This document shows, in pieces, positions 50,567 through 60,544 of a DNA stretch of 64,000 bases. A program made the position numbers and the translations under genes. Numbering within the stretch: the first letter of the stretch is position 1; each line of letters begins with the position of its first letter. The notes beneath the pieces are model-generated. The model saw only the letters and a list, made by a program, of their open reading frames with translations. It searched no databases and was not told where the DNA came from. Source of the DNA: Prochlorococcus sp. AG-679-M23 (GTDB lineage Bacteria > Cyanobacteriota > Cyanobacteriia > PCC-6307 > Cyanobiaceae); assembly GCA_003208875.1 (NCBI GenBank), contig QCUR01000006.1:32001-96000 (forward strand), written 5' to 3'.

Positions 50567-51332
50567 GCTTTTCTGCTGCTACCCATTCTTTTAGTTTTTC
50601 ACCAAACAATTTTTTCCCATCAATAATTGGTCTACAAAATGGAGGTTGCTTATCATTTAGTCCTAACAAATCAGCAGTAACTCTTACTTGTCCATCACAA
50701 AATTTCCCTGCACCTATACCTATTGTTGGGATCTCTAATTCGGTTTGAATTTCTTTAGCAAGTAATTCTGGTATATGTTCTAAAACGATAGAAAAACATC
50801 CTAATTTTTCTAGTGATAAAGCATCTCTTTTGATTTTTTCGTGACTTTCTGCATTGTTCCCTTGTTGTTTAAATCCAAGATTCAAATAGCTCTGCGGAGT
50901 AAGCCCTAAATGTCCCATGACAGGAATCCCCATCCTTATCAGCCTTGAAATAACATTCTGTACCTCTGGATCAGAACCCTCAACTTTTACTGCCTTTGCA
51001 TAAGTATTCTTAATTACTTTTCCGGCATATTCAACTGCCTTATTTTCTCCGCATTGATAAGTAAGAAAAGGCATATCACATACTAATAAGGGCTGTTCTT
51101 CTATTACTTTGCTGAACCCTCTAGAAACTGCATTTGTATGATAAATCATATTCTCTAACGTAACAGGCAAGGTCGATTTATATCCTAAACAGACCATTGC
51201 TAAAGAGTCTCCCACCAGAACAATATCTGATCCTGATTGTTCAGCTAGAGAACCTGAAATAGAGTCCCATGCAGTTAATACAATAATCTTTTGAGATTTT
51301 TTTTTATATTTAACTAGTTCTGATGGCAACAT
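50559..51332 (-). CDS. panB: 3-methyl-2-oxobutanoate hydroxymethyltransferase
   Basis: LVGDSL, DMPF, GHLGLTPQS and GIGAG..CDGQ motifs. Start is ATG 51332; the longer ORF runs into the SRP RNA. Confidence 0.96.
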   Translation of the reverse strand: MLPSELVKYKKKSQKIIVLTAWDSISGSLAEQSGSDIVLVGDSLAMVCLGYKSTLPVTLENMIYHTNAVSRGFSKVIEEQPLLVCDMPFLTYQCGENKAVEYAGKVIKNTYAKAVKVEGSDPEVQNVISRLIRMGIPVMGHLGLTPQSYLNLGFKQQGNNAESHEKIKRDALSLEKLGCFSIVLEHIPELLAKEIQTELEIPTIGIGAGKFCDGQVRVTADLLGLNDKQPPFCRPIIDGKKLFGEKLKEWVAAEKLN

Positions 51333-51362
51333 AAAAGCTATGTATCTTTTTTTATCAAAAAT

Positions 51363-51371
51363 TGCTAATAT
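51363..51371 (+). promoter_or_regulatory. Extended -10 promoter of the SRP RNA
   Basis: TG-C-TAATAT about 6 nt upstream of the RNA 5' end. Confidence 0.55.
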
Positions 51372-51376
51372 TATTT

Positions 51377-51472
51377 TGACTCGGCCTTTCGCGGTTTTAA
51401 CGCCCAAACCTGGTCAGGATCGGAAGGTAGCAGCCACAAGGGATGCTTGAGGCAGGCGAGATAACCGAGTCA
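51377..51472 (+). ncRNA. ffs: SRP 4.5S RNA
   Basis: Domain IV core GGTCAGGATCGGAAGGTAGCAGCC and terminal helix TGACTCGG/CCGAGTCA. Confidence 0.93.
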
Positions 51473-51486
51473 CTCAATTTTAGCGA

Positions 51487-52602
51487 TTATTCGATATCTT
51501 TTTTATTCTGCCTTAATCTTAAAAACTCTGGAATATTAGTACCTGTGTCTTTATTATCAGAAATATTATAAAGAGGCTGATTAGATAATCTATTTTTAAT
51601 CCTTTGTTGTTTTAACGGTTGATTAGTTTCGAAACCTGTTGCAATAACAGTTACCTGTATTTCCCCTTCCATTGATTCATCTATAACAGCACCTACTATT
51701 ATGTTTGCTTCTGGATCTACAACATCATAAATAATTTCTGAAGCTGAGGTCATATCTTCTAATGTCATATCTTTCCCCCCTGTAATATTTATCACACAAC
51801 CTTTGGCCCCATCAATTCTTGCCGCTTCTAATAAAGGGCTATTCATTGCCGCTTGAGCAGCCTCTAATGCTCTAGATCTACCAGAACCAATACCTATACC
51901 AAGTAGAGCAGTGCCAGCTTCAGTCATTACGGACCTAACATCAGCAAAATCAACGTTAACTAATCCGGGGCATGTAATTATATCACTTATACCTTTAACT
52001 CCCATCCTTAAAACATCATCAGCATTTCTAAAGGCTTCTTGAAGTGGAGCTCCTGCAATTACGTCTTTTAAACGATCATTTGGAATCACAATTAGCGTAT
52101 CAACGTTTTCTGCTAATCTTGCGATCCCTTCTTCTGCCTGACGCATTCTCCTTTTACCTTCAAAAGAAAATGGCTTGGTTACTATTCCAACAGTTAAAGC
52201 ACCACTTTGCTTGGCAACCTCAGCAACTACTGGAGCTGCTCCTGTCCCAGTTCCTCCTCCCATACCTGCGGCAATAAAAACCAAGTCAGATCCCTCTAAT
52301 GTTTGTTGCAATTCATCTTTAGATTCCTCAGCAGCTTTTTGACCAATACTTGGATTTCCTCCTGCTCCAAGACCTCTTGTTAAGTTCTGTCCTAGTTGAA
52401 CTCTTCTATCTGCAGAAGATTGTAATAATGCTTGCGCGTCAGTATTTAAAACTCTGAATGAAACGCCTTCAAGATCACTATCAATCATCCTGTTTACAGC
52501 ATTACTACCACCCCCCCCGACACCAATAACTTCAATTTTGGCATTCTGACTTGGAAGGATGTCTTTTGATTGATCAAAGTTTGGATTGTTTCCGAAGCTC
52601 AT
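51487..52602 (-). CDS. ftsZ: Cell division protein FtsZ
   Basis: [17 protein letters not shown] and NVDFAD motifs, and C-terminal IPEFLR. Confidence 0.99.
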   Translation of the reverse strand: MSFGNNPNFDQSKDILPSQNAKIEVIGVGGGGSNAVNRMIDSDLEGVSFRVLNTDAQALLQSSADRRVQLGQNLTRGLGAGGNPSIGQKAAEESKDELQQTLEGSDLVFIAAGMGGGTGTGAAPVVAEVAKQSGALTVGIVTKPFSFEGKRRMRQAEEGIARLAENVDTLIVIPNDRLKDVIAGAPLQEAFRNADDVLRMGVKGISDIITCPGLVNVDFADVRSVMTEAGTALLGIGIGSGRSRALEAAQAAMNSPLLEAARIDGAKGCVINITGGKDMTLEDMTSASEIIYDVVDPEANIIVGAVIDESMEGEIQVTVIATGFETNQPLKQQRIKNRLSNQPLYNISDNKDTGTNIPEFLRLRQNKKDIE

Positions 52603-52779
52603 CTCTAAATAAAATCAAATACTAGTATTGGATGCATTATGAACTCACTAAGCTGATATGTAGGATTTTCTTGAAGAAAGTCCTTAAATATTAACTTGTC
52701 AAAAATTAGAGTGAATAACCGAAACCCTTTCAATTACTGATCTAATCAAAAAAACTTTTATGAAATTTGTTTTCAATTA

Positions 52780-53505
52780 TTAGGGTTTGAACACTTTAAT
52801 TTTTGGATTTTCGGGGTCAGTTAGGTCGATATTATCTATTTTTTCTAAAATATTATTTTCTTTTATTTGGTTTTTAATATTATTGACTATTTGTAATTGA
52901 TTTTCTATTTTTTTTGGATTAAATCCTAACAATATTGTTTTAAGACTTTTTTCCTCTAAAGTTAAAAAGCCATTAGGGGAGAAAGTTATTGTAATGAATT
53001 CAACATCGTTATATTTTTGGTAATTCAAAATCTTTGATAATGTCTTTCTAAAATTTTCTTTCCATCCAAAAACTTTACTAGTTATTTTTTTCAAATTTTC
53101 TTGATCTGAATATTTTAGACTGATGAAGAAACCCTCTTCATCAATAAAACCAGTTATTTTTTCCCCTTTAAAAATCCGTTCGCCATAAGCTATTGGAGTT
53201 CTTGTTTTAATTAGAATTTTTAAACCAAAAGGGAATATTTGTCTAAAAATTGAAACATTCTTTAGAGATAAATTCTTTTTTAATTCTTTTTCTGCGTATG
53301 TGGTCTTGATAAATATCAATGAGGTTGGGAGATTTATAGATGAGTTAGCAACTATATCGTCGATAGAAAATAACTCGCTACCAACAATAGAAATTTCTTG
53401 GTAATTAACTTTTTTAAAAGTTTGTGAGGTTGCATAGCTTGTAAAAAATAAAAAAGTAATTAACAAAAAGAACCTTCTATTCTTCAATTTTTGTTGATCC
53501 TTCAC
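52780..53505 (-). CDS. ftsQ: Cell division protein FtsQ/DivIB
   Basis: N-terminal TM helix, POTRA-like region (RQIFPFGLKI...TPIA) and C-terminal IDL..P. Lies upstream of ftsZ. Confidence 0.8.
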   Translation of the reverse strand: MKDQQKLKNRRFFLLITFLFFTSYATSQTFKKVNYQEISIVGSELFSIDDIVANSSINLPTSLIFIKTTYAEKELKKNLSLKNVSIFRQIFPFGLKILIKTRTPIAYGERIFKGEKITGFIDEEGFFISLKYSDQENLKKITSKVFGWKENFRKTLSKILNYQKYNDVEFITITFSPNGFLTLEEKSLKTILLGFNPKKIENQLQIVNNIKNQIKENNILEKIDNIDLTDPENPKIKVFKP

Positions 53506-53912
53506 AAATCACATCTAACTTTTTTCATAAGTTGATCCATCCACTCTCTTGCCCTCTCTGCATCTGAAAATGGAACATCCATCTCTTTCCCATTCCCAAC
53601 GAGTCTAAGCCTACACTTACCTTGAGATTCATTGGTTAAAGGAGCTTCTCCTGAGGTAAGGGCCAATAACTCTACTAGTTCAAGTTTCTTTATTGTAAAA
53701 CTATCTTTTTCTTCAAATATTCCAGCTTCAAACGCACTCCATCTTAATTCACCATCCTTTAAAAAAGCTGCACCAGAACTATCTAATTTGCAAATTTCAG
53801 AACCACTCGCCCAATTCCTAAAAAGATTTTGCCTTCTTCTTTCTAACCAACCAAGAGCTGTTAAAAGAACGAAGATTAAAAGTAATGGTAACCAAAGAAG
53901 TCCTTGCAACAT
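53502..53912 (-). CDS. Hypothetical membrane-anchored protein between ddl and ftsQ
   Basis: N-terminal TM helix. Stop overlaps the ftsQ GTG start (GTGA). Confidence 0.8.
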   Translation of the reverse strand: MLQGLLWLPLLLIFVLLTALGWLERRRQNLFRNWASGSEICKLDSSGAAFLKDGELRWSAFEAGIFEEKDSFTIKKLELVELLALTSGEAPLTNESQGKCRLRLVGNGKEMDVPFSDAERAREWMDQLMKKVRCDL

Positions 53913-53923
53913 TTGACCTTAAT

Positions 53924-54991
53924 CTATAAATCTGAAGATATTTCTACTAGTTTAGCCACAAGTTGATCAATATTTAAACCTGAAGCATTCCAAAGCATAG
54001 GAAACATACTTTTACTAGTAAAACCAGGAATTGTATTTATTTCATTCAGAAAAATTTTATTTGAAATCTTCTCTAAAAAGAAATCAACCCTTGCAAAACC
54101 ATAAATGTTTAATGCTCTACAACTTCTAATAGTCATATCTTTAATTTGTTTAGAGATTTGAGAATCAATATCAGCTGGAATAATTATTTGATTATCCATC
54201 GAATATTTTGAATCATAATCGTACCAATCTGTTGAATAAGAAACTTCACCGATTTCAGATGTGGTAAGTTTTAAATTACCAATTATTCCGCATTCAAGTT
54301 CTCTTACATCTAAACCTTCCTCGATAACAATTCTTGAGTCTATTTCCCAAGCCTTTTGTAATGCTTTAATTATTTCTGATTTTGTTTTAGCTTTTGAAAT
54401 ACCAAGTGATGAACCTGAATTAGCAGGTTTAATAAAAACTGGTAGCTTTAATTTTTCGATAATCTCAACAGATAGATTATTTTTTACATTTTCATCACTA
54501 AGATCTCGATTTTGGATATCTAAATAATTTACTTGGGGAATTTCTAGATGTGAAAATATTTTTTTCATTAATATCTTATCCATTCCAAGAGCGGAACCTA
54601 AAATTCCTCCTCCCACAATGGGCTTTTGGGTAAATTTTAATAAACCATGAATTGCACCATCTTCTCCATTTACACCATGCAAAAGTGGGAACCATACATC
54701 AATACCTTGAAATTCTATTTTGTTTAAAAAGTTTATTTCTCCTTTAGGTAATACTTGGTACTTATCGGCGGTTTCATTTTTATTCTTTTCTTTTAGTAAT
54801 TCGAGAGATTGGTCGTTATCAAGCCAAACTCCATGCTTATTTATATAAAAAGCTTTAACCGTAAATCTACCAATGTTTGTTTTGGAAATTAAGGCTTTAA
54901 AAACTGTCTTAGCTGAAGATATTGAAACAAAATGTTCGTTAGAATTTCCTCCAAAAATTATTCCAATACATTTTTTTTCTTTTTCTAACAC
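53924..54991 (-). CDS. ddl: D-alanine--D-alanine ligase
   Basis: GGNSNEH, LHGVNGEDG, GSSLGIS and NEINTIPGFT motifs. Confidence 0.97.
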   Translation of the reverse strand: MLEKEKKCIGIIFGGNSNEHFVSISSAKTVFKALISKTNIGRFTVKAFYINKHGVWLDNDQSLELLKEKNKNETADKYQVLPKGEINFLNKIEFQGIDVWFPLLHGVNGEDGAIHGLLKFTQKPIVGGGILGSALGMDKILMKKIFSHLEIPQVNYLDIQNRDLSDENVKNNLSVEIIEKLKLPVFIKPANSGSSLGISKAKTKSEIIKALQKAWEIDSRIVIEEGLDVRELECGIIGNLKLTTSEIGEVSYSTDWYDYDSKYSMDNQIIIPADIDSQISKQIKDMTIRSCRALNIYGFARVDFFLEKISNKIFLNEINTIPGFTSKSMFPMLWNASGLNIDQLVAKLVEISSDL

Positions 54992-55000
54992 TTAGAAAAA

Positions 55001-56389
55001 TTACTCATATATTTGACCGCTTAAAGAAAAAGATCTCGCTTCCGTTATTTTGACATTTATTTCATCACCAAAATTAAATCCAATATTTTTTGGTATTTCT
55101 ATAAAAGTAAGTCTATTCGTTCTGGTCCTTCCCATTATTTGTGAGGTATTTTTTGGATTCATGCCCTCAATTAGGACACTTTCAATATTATTTAAATATC
55201 TTTGATTTCTTTTTCTAGAGGTTGTTTCAACTAATTCATTAATTTCTTTTAATCTTTCCTTTTTAACTTCTTCAGGAATTTGATTATCCCAAATAGCTGC
55301 TGGGGTATTTGGTCTTGGAGAATAGGCGGCGGTCATAACTTGATCAAAGCCAATATCAGATATTAATTTTAATGTCTCACGATATTGGTTTTCTGTTTCT
55401 CCAGGGAAAGCAACTATTGCATCAGCAGTAACTGATGCATTTGGCATTAATTCTCTTATATTTTCAATTATTCTTTTATATTTTTCGATTGTGTAACCTC
55501 TAGCCATTAATCTCAGGATTTCATCATTACCACTTTGGAAGGGGATATGAAAATGCTCGCAAACTTTGTCTAATTCATAACAAGCGTTTATAAGTCTTTT
55601 TGAAAAATATTTTGGATGACTTGTAGAAAATCTTATTCTCTTAATCCCCTCTACATCATGAATAAAATAGAGAAGATCAGTAAGGTTATTTTCCTTCCGG
55701 CCTTCTTTTGTCGTTCCAGGAAGATCTCTACCGTAGGCATCAATATTTTGCCCTAAAAGAGTTACCTCTTTAAAATCATTATGAGCTAAAGTTTCTATTT
55801 CACTTTTAATTGCATCTGGATATCTTGACTGTTCTTTACCTCTAACAGATGGGACAACACAATAAGAGCATCTTTCATTGCAACCATAAATGATATTCAC
55901 CCAACCACAAATAGAGCTATCTCTTCTTGGATTAGTTATATCTTCAGATATAAAAGTTTCTTCAGTGGCTACGACCTGATTACCTGAATCAACTCTCTCT
56001 AAAAGATTTTCAAGATTGTTGACGTGTTGTGGCCCCATTATTAGATCAAGTTCGGGCACTCTTCTCAAAAGAGATTCACCCTCTTGTTGTGCGAGGCAAC
56101 CTGCCACAACTAATTTTAAGTTTGGAGTACTATGCTTTCTTTTGACTTGTTTTCCTAAAAAACTGTAAACCTTTTGCTGAGCACTATCTCTTATTGTGCA
56201 GGTGTTATATAAAACTAAATCCGCTTTTAATTCATCAATAGCTCTGGAATATCCCATTTTTTCAAGAGTACCAGCCATCCTTTCGGAATCGGCCTTATTC
56301 ATTTGGCAACCAAAAGTTGTTATCCAATAACTACCAATAGAGGAATTTTTGTAAGTCTTTTCTTCTTCTTGGATTGGTTTGGTTAGCAC
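55001..56389 (-). CDS. miaB: tRNA-2-methylthio-N6-dimethylallyladenosine synthase
   Basis: [12 protein letters not shown] and [12 protein letters not shown] motifs, plus a TRAM C-terminus. Confidence 0.96.
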   Translation of the reverse strand: MLTKPIQEEEKTYKNSSIGSYWITTFGCQMNKADSERMAGTLEKMGYSRAIDELKADLVLYNTCTIRDSAQQKVYSFLGKQVKRKHSTPNLKLVVAGCLAQQEGESLLRRVPELDLIMGPQHVNNLENLLERVDSGNQVVATEETFISEDITNPRRDSSICGWVNIIYGCNERCSYCVVPSVRGKEQSRYPDAIKSEIETLAHNDFKEVTLLGQNIDAYGRDLPGTTKEGRKENNLTDLLYFIHDVEGIKRIRFSTSHPKYFSKRLINACYELDKVCEHFHIPFQSGNDEILRLMARGYTIEKYKRIIENIRELMPNASVTADAIVAFPGETENQYRETLKLISDIGFDQVMTAAYSPRPNTPAAIWDNQIPEEVKKERLKEINELVETTSRKRNQRYLNNIESVLIEGMNPKNTSQIMGRTRTNRLTFIEIPKNIGFNFGDEINVKITEARSFSLSGQIYE

Positions 56390-56464
56390 TTTGCAAAAAA
56401 GTTTTGATGGCCTTTTGTTAATTCAAAATTATAATTTAAATAATTTTGGAGCAATATTTTTGAG

Positions 56465-56538
56465 GGCGAGCGAGGGGATTCGAACCCCCGAATAGCGGCG
56501 CCACAAGCCACTGCCTTAACCACTTGGCGACGCCCGCC
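56465..56538 (-). tRNA. tRNA-His(GTG), with encoded G-1
   Basis: Minus strand GGCGGGCGTCGCCAAGTGGTTAAGGCAGTGGCTTGTGGCGCCGCTATTCGGGGGTTCGAATCCCCTCGCTCGCC. Confidence 0.95.
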
Positions 56539-56672
56539 TCACATATATAAATTTAACAACTTACGTGTAAAATTTCATGCATATTTGTACGTTTTAGAAG
56601 ATTTTGAAGTATTTTCCTATTTCTATATAAGCTTTATTGATGTTTTAAAATAAAACAAAAGCATATTAAATC

Positions 56673-57908
56673 TTGATCAACTCCGGAAAAACAGAGGTTC
56701 TTATACCCAGATGCCTTTGTGAAATAGAAAATGCTGATAACCTCAATGTTGATGATGAAGGTTTTGCTTCTGTTTTTGTTGCTTGGGAAAAAGGAATTGT
56801 TTCTGAACTTAAGCCGATAAATATCAAAAATAAAAAACCAAATAAAATTCTTTTTCCAAGATTTGTTGAGACTCACTCACATCTCGATAAAGCTTTCACT
56901 TTTGGAGAGTTTCCTAATTTTAAATCAAACTATCAAGAGGCCTTATCAGTAAATTTGGAGGAGCATAAAACTAGGTCTAAAATTAAAGTTTTAGAGAGAG
57001 CTGAAAAATCACTCAACTTGGCTCTTAAAAATGGTTATAGAGCTATTAGGAGTCATGTTGATACTTACGAAAGTCAGGATAATAATATTTGGGATGAGCT
57101 TTTTAAACTCCAAAAAAAATATTCCTCTAAGTTGAAATTGCAATATGTAGCATTAGCTCCATTGGAGTTTTGGGATACTCCCCATGGAGAGGAATTGGCA
57201 AAAAAGTTTTCTAAGGAAAAGGGCATTTTAGGAGGAGTTCTTGTTCCTCCATTTATAAATAAAGCAAAAATAAAATACTTACTCTCTAAAACTCTCTTGC
57301 TTGCAGATAAATATAAATTAGAAATTGATTTGCACATAGATGAATCAACTATTGAGCCAGGAGCGGGTATAAAAGTTCTTTTGGAAACTATTGATAGATT
57401 AAATATTAAAGTTCCAATAACTTGTAGTCATTTAAGTAGTATTTTATCTCTAGATAATAATGAAATACTTAATCTGGGAAGCAAAATTGCTGAGAAAGAT
57501 ATAAAAGTGATTGCACTTCCTCTTACAAATTTCTGGTTGCTCAATCGGAAAGAACAAATTACACCCTTAAATAGACCAGTCGCACCAATAAAGCAACTAC
57601 AAAAATCATTAGTCGATGTTTCTATCGGTAGCGATAATGTTCAAGATCCCTGGTATCCATTTGGTAATTACGATCCCGTTTATTTGATGTCTCTTGCAAT
57701 GCCAATGCTTCAATTAAATCCTTGGGAAAGATTGACTTTATCTTCCATTTTTTTGTCACCAAGTAGATTATTGAATCTAACTTGGGACGGGTTGGTTAAA
57801 AAAGGTTGCCCTGTGGATTTTGTGCTTTTTAATGCTGAAAAGTGGGCGGATATTTTCTCAACCAATTTAAAGAGAGAAGTCCTTATAAACGGCGAAATAT
57901 ATAGCTAA
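56673..57908 (+). CDS. Metal-dependent amidohydrolase, cytosine/pterin deaminase-like
   Basis: ETHSHLDK, DLHIDE, CSH and GSDNVQDPWYPFG motifs. Confidence 0.88.
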   Translation: MINSGKTEVLIPRCLCEIENADNLNVDDEGFASVFVAWEKGIVSELKPINIKNKKPNKILFPRFVETHSHLDKAFTFGEFPNFKSNYQEALSVNLEEHKTRSKIKVLERAEKSLNLALKNGYRAIRSHVDTYESQDNNIWDELFKLQKKYSSKLKLQYVALAPLEFWDTPHGEELAKKFSKEKGILGGVLVPPFINKAKIKYLLSKTLLLADKYKLEIDLHIDESTIEPGAGIKVLLETIDRLNIKVPITCSHLSSILSLDNNEILNLGSKIAEKDIKVIALPLTNFWLLNRKEQITPLNRPVAPIKQLQKSLVDVSIGSDNVQDPWYPFGNYDPVYLMSLAMPMLQLNPWERLTLSSIFLSPSRLLNLTWDGLVKKGCPVDFVLFNAEKWADIFSTNLKREVLINGEIYS

Positions 57909-57947
57909 TCTACTATTTTATATAAATAGTAAAGAAATTAATCATTA

Positions 57948-59303
57948 ATGTCATTAAGAAATTCAAAATTAATAGAACAATTAAAAAAAATTGATAATTT
58001 AGAAATTATTGAAAGGATATCCGATGTCAAAAGGCTTTCAAAAGACTTTTATAATTATTCTCCAATACTCGAAAAGAGACTAGATGGTTGTATAGCTGAC
58101 TTGGCGGTACGACCTATTGATCAAAATGCAGTAAAGAAAGTAGCAGAAATTTGTTGGGAATTTTCGATACCACTTACTTTAAGAGGTTCAGGAACAGGTA
58201 ATTATGGACAAGCGGTCCCATTGTTTAAAGGTATTGTTATGCAAATGAATTGTTTAAATAAAATTGAAGAATTTTTTCCTGAGACAGGTTTCGTAAAGGT
58301 ACAATCTGGATGCTTAATGGGAGATTTAAATAAAGAACTGGAAAAATATGGAAGAGAATTAAGGTTGCTTCCCAGTACATGGAAAACTGCAACTATAGGA
58401 GGATTTATCGCAGGGGGCTCCGGAGGTATTGGATCAATTAGATGGGGATTTTTAAGAGATCCAGGGAATCTTATAGGTTTAGAAGCCATAACAATAAATG
58501 AAGAACCTAAATTACTTAGATTTGATGCTCAAGAATCAGAACCTTTAAATCATGCGTATGGAACTAATGGGATTATTACTTCATTATTAATCGCTACTGA
58601 TATAAAACATAAGTGGTACTCGATAATAATTAACTGTGAAGAATTAAATAAGACAATCGAAATATTAAAAACATGTACCACTGCAGCAATTGACTTGAAG
58701 CTTGGCGCAATTCTTGAGAAGGAAATCGTAGATCAAATGCCTTCCTGGTTTAAGGGTAAATCTAAAAGTCACAAGATTTTGATTCAATCAACGCTTGCGG
58801 GGGTAAAAACTATTGAATTAATTTGCAAAAAATATCAAGTTAATTCTTTTCTTCTTGGAGAAGAAGATAAATTAACAAATGGAATCTCTGAAGTAGTTTG
58901 GAATCATACAACTCTTCATATGAGAGCAAAGGACAAAAACTGGACATATTTACAGATGCTTTTACCTCTAGATAAGGAATTCGAATTAATTAATTCTTTG
59001 AGAGTAAAATGGGGTAAGAATATTCTTTGGCATATTGAAGCTGTTTCTCAACAAGGAGTCCCTAGATTAGCTGCTTTGCCTGTAATAAAATGGCATAGTT
59101 CAGATCAATTAAACCAAATAATTGATAATTGTAAGAAACTGGGAGCAATTATTTTTAATCCACATGTATTAACTGTTGAGGGAGGTGGTTTAGGAGTTAT
59201 TGATTCTGATCAAGTAAAAGCAAAATTAAGATTTGATCCAAAAGGTTTATTAAATCCTGGTAAATTGCAAGGGTGGGAAATAAAAGATGAGTTTAATATT
59301 TAA
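57948..59303 (+). CDS. FAD-binding oxidoreductase (VAO/PCMH, GlcD-like fold)
   Basis: RGSGTGNYGQ, ATIGGFIAGGSGG and DPKGLLNPGK motifs. Confidence 0.9.
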   Translation: MSLRNSKLIEQLKKIDNLEIIERISDVKRLSKDFYNYSPILEKRLDGCIADLAVRPIDQNAVKKVAEICWEFSIPLTLRGSGTGNYGQAVPLFKGIVMQMNCLNKIEEFFPETGFVKVQSGCLMGDLNKELEKYGRELRLLPSTWKTATIGGFIAGGSGGIGSIRWGFLRDPGNLIGLEAITINEEPKLLRFDAQESEPLNHAYGTNGIITSLLIATDIKHKWYSIIINCEELNKTIEILKTCTTAAIDLKLGAILEKEIVDQMPSWFKGKSKSHKILIQSTLAGVKTIELICKKYQVNSFLLGEEDKLTNGISEVVWNHTTLHMRAKDKNWTYLQMLLPLDKEFELINSLRVKWGKNILWHIEAVSQQGVPRLAALPVIKWHSSDQLNQIIDNCKKLGAIIFNPHVLTVEGGGLGVIDSDQVKAKLRFDPKGLLNPGKLQGWEIKDEFNI

Positions 59304-60532
59304 AACTTTTGATTTTTTGCAAATTTGATAAACTCAGCAACTAAAAATATTGAGCCTGTAAGTACAGGATTACATTTTGGCCATTTTTCAAGCTCCAAAA
59401 GATAGTTAAAAGCAAGATCAACTTTTTCAAACTCATTTATTTTTAAATGATTTAGCTCATTAATATTAGAAAGACCTTTTAATGTCCAACTTTCTTGATT
59501 AGGAACTGGGACTAAAAGAATATGATCATTTTTTTTAATAAGAACTTTTATCATTGAGGCAATATCTTTGTGTATTTGGACTCCTAAAATCCAATAAATC
59601 CCTTCATGATTATTATTCCAAGTCCCCCTTTCCTCTGAAAGGGCTTTTGCCGCAGAGTAATTATGAGCAGAATCAACAAGAATTTTTTTATTAAAACAGT
59701 TAATTATTTCTAACCTCCCGCTCCATTTTGCATTTTTAAGTCCCTCCTTAATGGAGCATTCTTTAACCTTAAATCCAAAATGAATTAGTTCTTCAATTAC
59801 TCCAATAGCAACAGCTGCGTTTTGTTTTTGAAAATTTCCTTTTAAACCAATTTCATAATCATTAGATAGTGATTCTTTCCATATGATTTTTGCCCCTACT
59901 TGTTGGACTCTTGCGTTAATTATTTCCTCAACCTCAGCTTCTTGACGACAAGAAATAACAAATGAGTTTTTTTCTATTACTGCTACTTTTTCTTTTGCAA
60001 TTTTTTCAATTGAGTCTCCAAGATATTCTTTATGGTCTAAACCTATATTCCCAATAGCAATTATTGGCCTTAGAGGATGTGCTGTAGTTGCGTCTAATCG
60101 TCCACCTAAACCAGCTTCAAGAATTAATAAATCTACTTTTTTAAAATCAAAAAAATATAGTGCACAACAAATAATTTGTTCAAAAGGAGATAATTTATGG
60201 GTTGAAAGATTATTTTTTATTTTCTTAAAAAGTCTTTCAAATTCTTCCTTACTAATTTTTTCTTTATTTACTCTAATCCTTTCACAGATATCAAAAAGGT
60301 GAGGAGAAGTAGTAACCCCAATATTCTTTTTATCTGCATAAAGAATATTTTCTATGAAAGCGGTAATCGAACCTTTACCATTTGTTCCTACAATTTGAAT
60401 AGCGGGTATATTTTTGCATGGGTCATCTAAATCTCTTAGAGCATTTTTTATTCTTGATAATCCTAATTGAATATTTTCCCTCTCCAATTTGGGCGAGAGC
60501 AAATCAAAATTCTCAATGTTTACATTTATCAA
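59300..60532 (-). CDS. folC: Folylpolyglutamate synthase / dihydrofolate synthase
   Basis: GTNGKGS, TSPHL, EAGLGGRLDAT and DSAHN motifs. Confidence 0.96.
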   Translation of the reverse strand: MINVNIENFDLLSPKLERENIQLGLSRIKNALRDLDDPCKNIPAIQIVGTNGKGSITAFIENILYADKKNIGVTTSPHLFDICERIRVNKEKISKEEFERLFKKIKNNLSTHKLSPFEQIICCALYFFDFKKVDLLILEAGLGGRLDATTAHPLRPIIAIGNIGLDHKEYLGDSIEKIAKEKVAVIEKNSFVISCRQEAEVEEIINARVQQVGAKIIWKESLSNDYEIGLKGNFQKQNAAVAIGVIEELIHFGFKVKECSIKEGLKNAKWSGRLEIINCFNKKILVDSAHNYSAAKALSEERGTWNNNHEGIYWILGVQIHKDIASMIKVLIKKNDHILLVPVPNQESWTLKGLSNINELNHLKINEFEKVDLAFNYLLELEKWPKCNPVLTGSIFLVAEFIKFAKNQKF

Positions 60533-60544
60533 AATTAATAGAAT

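Noticed and set aside
51333..51407. 25-aa N-terminal extension of PanB
   Set aside because: It overlaps the SRP RNA and its promoter. ATG 51332 gives a normal-length PanB.
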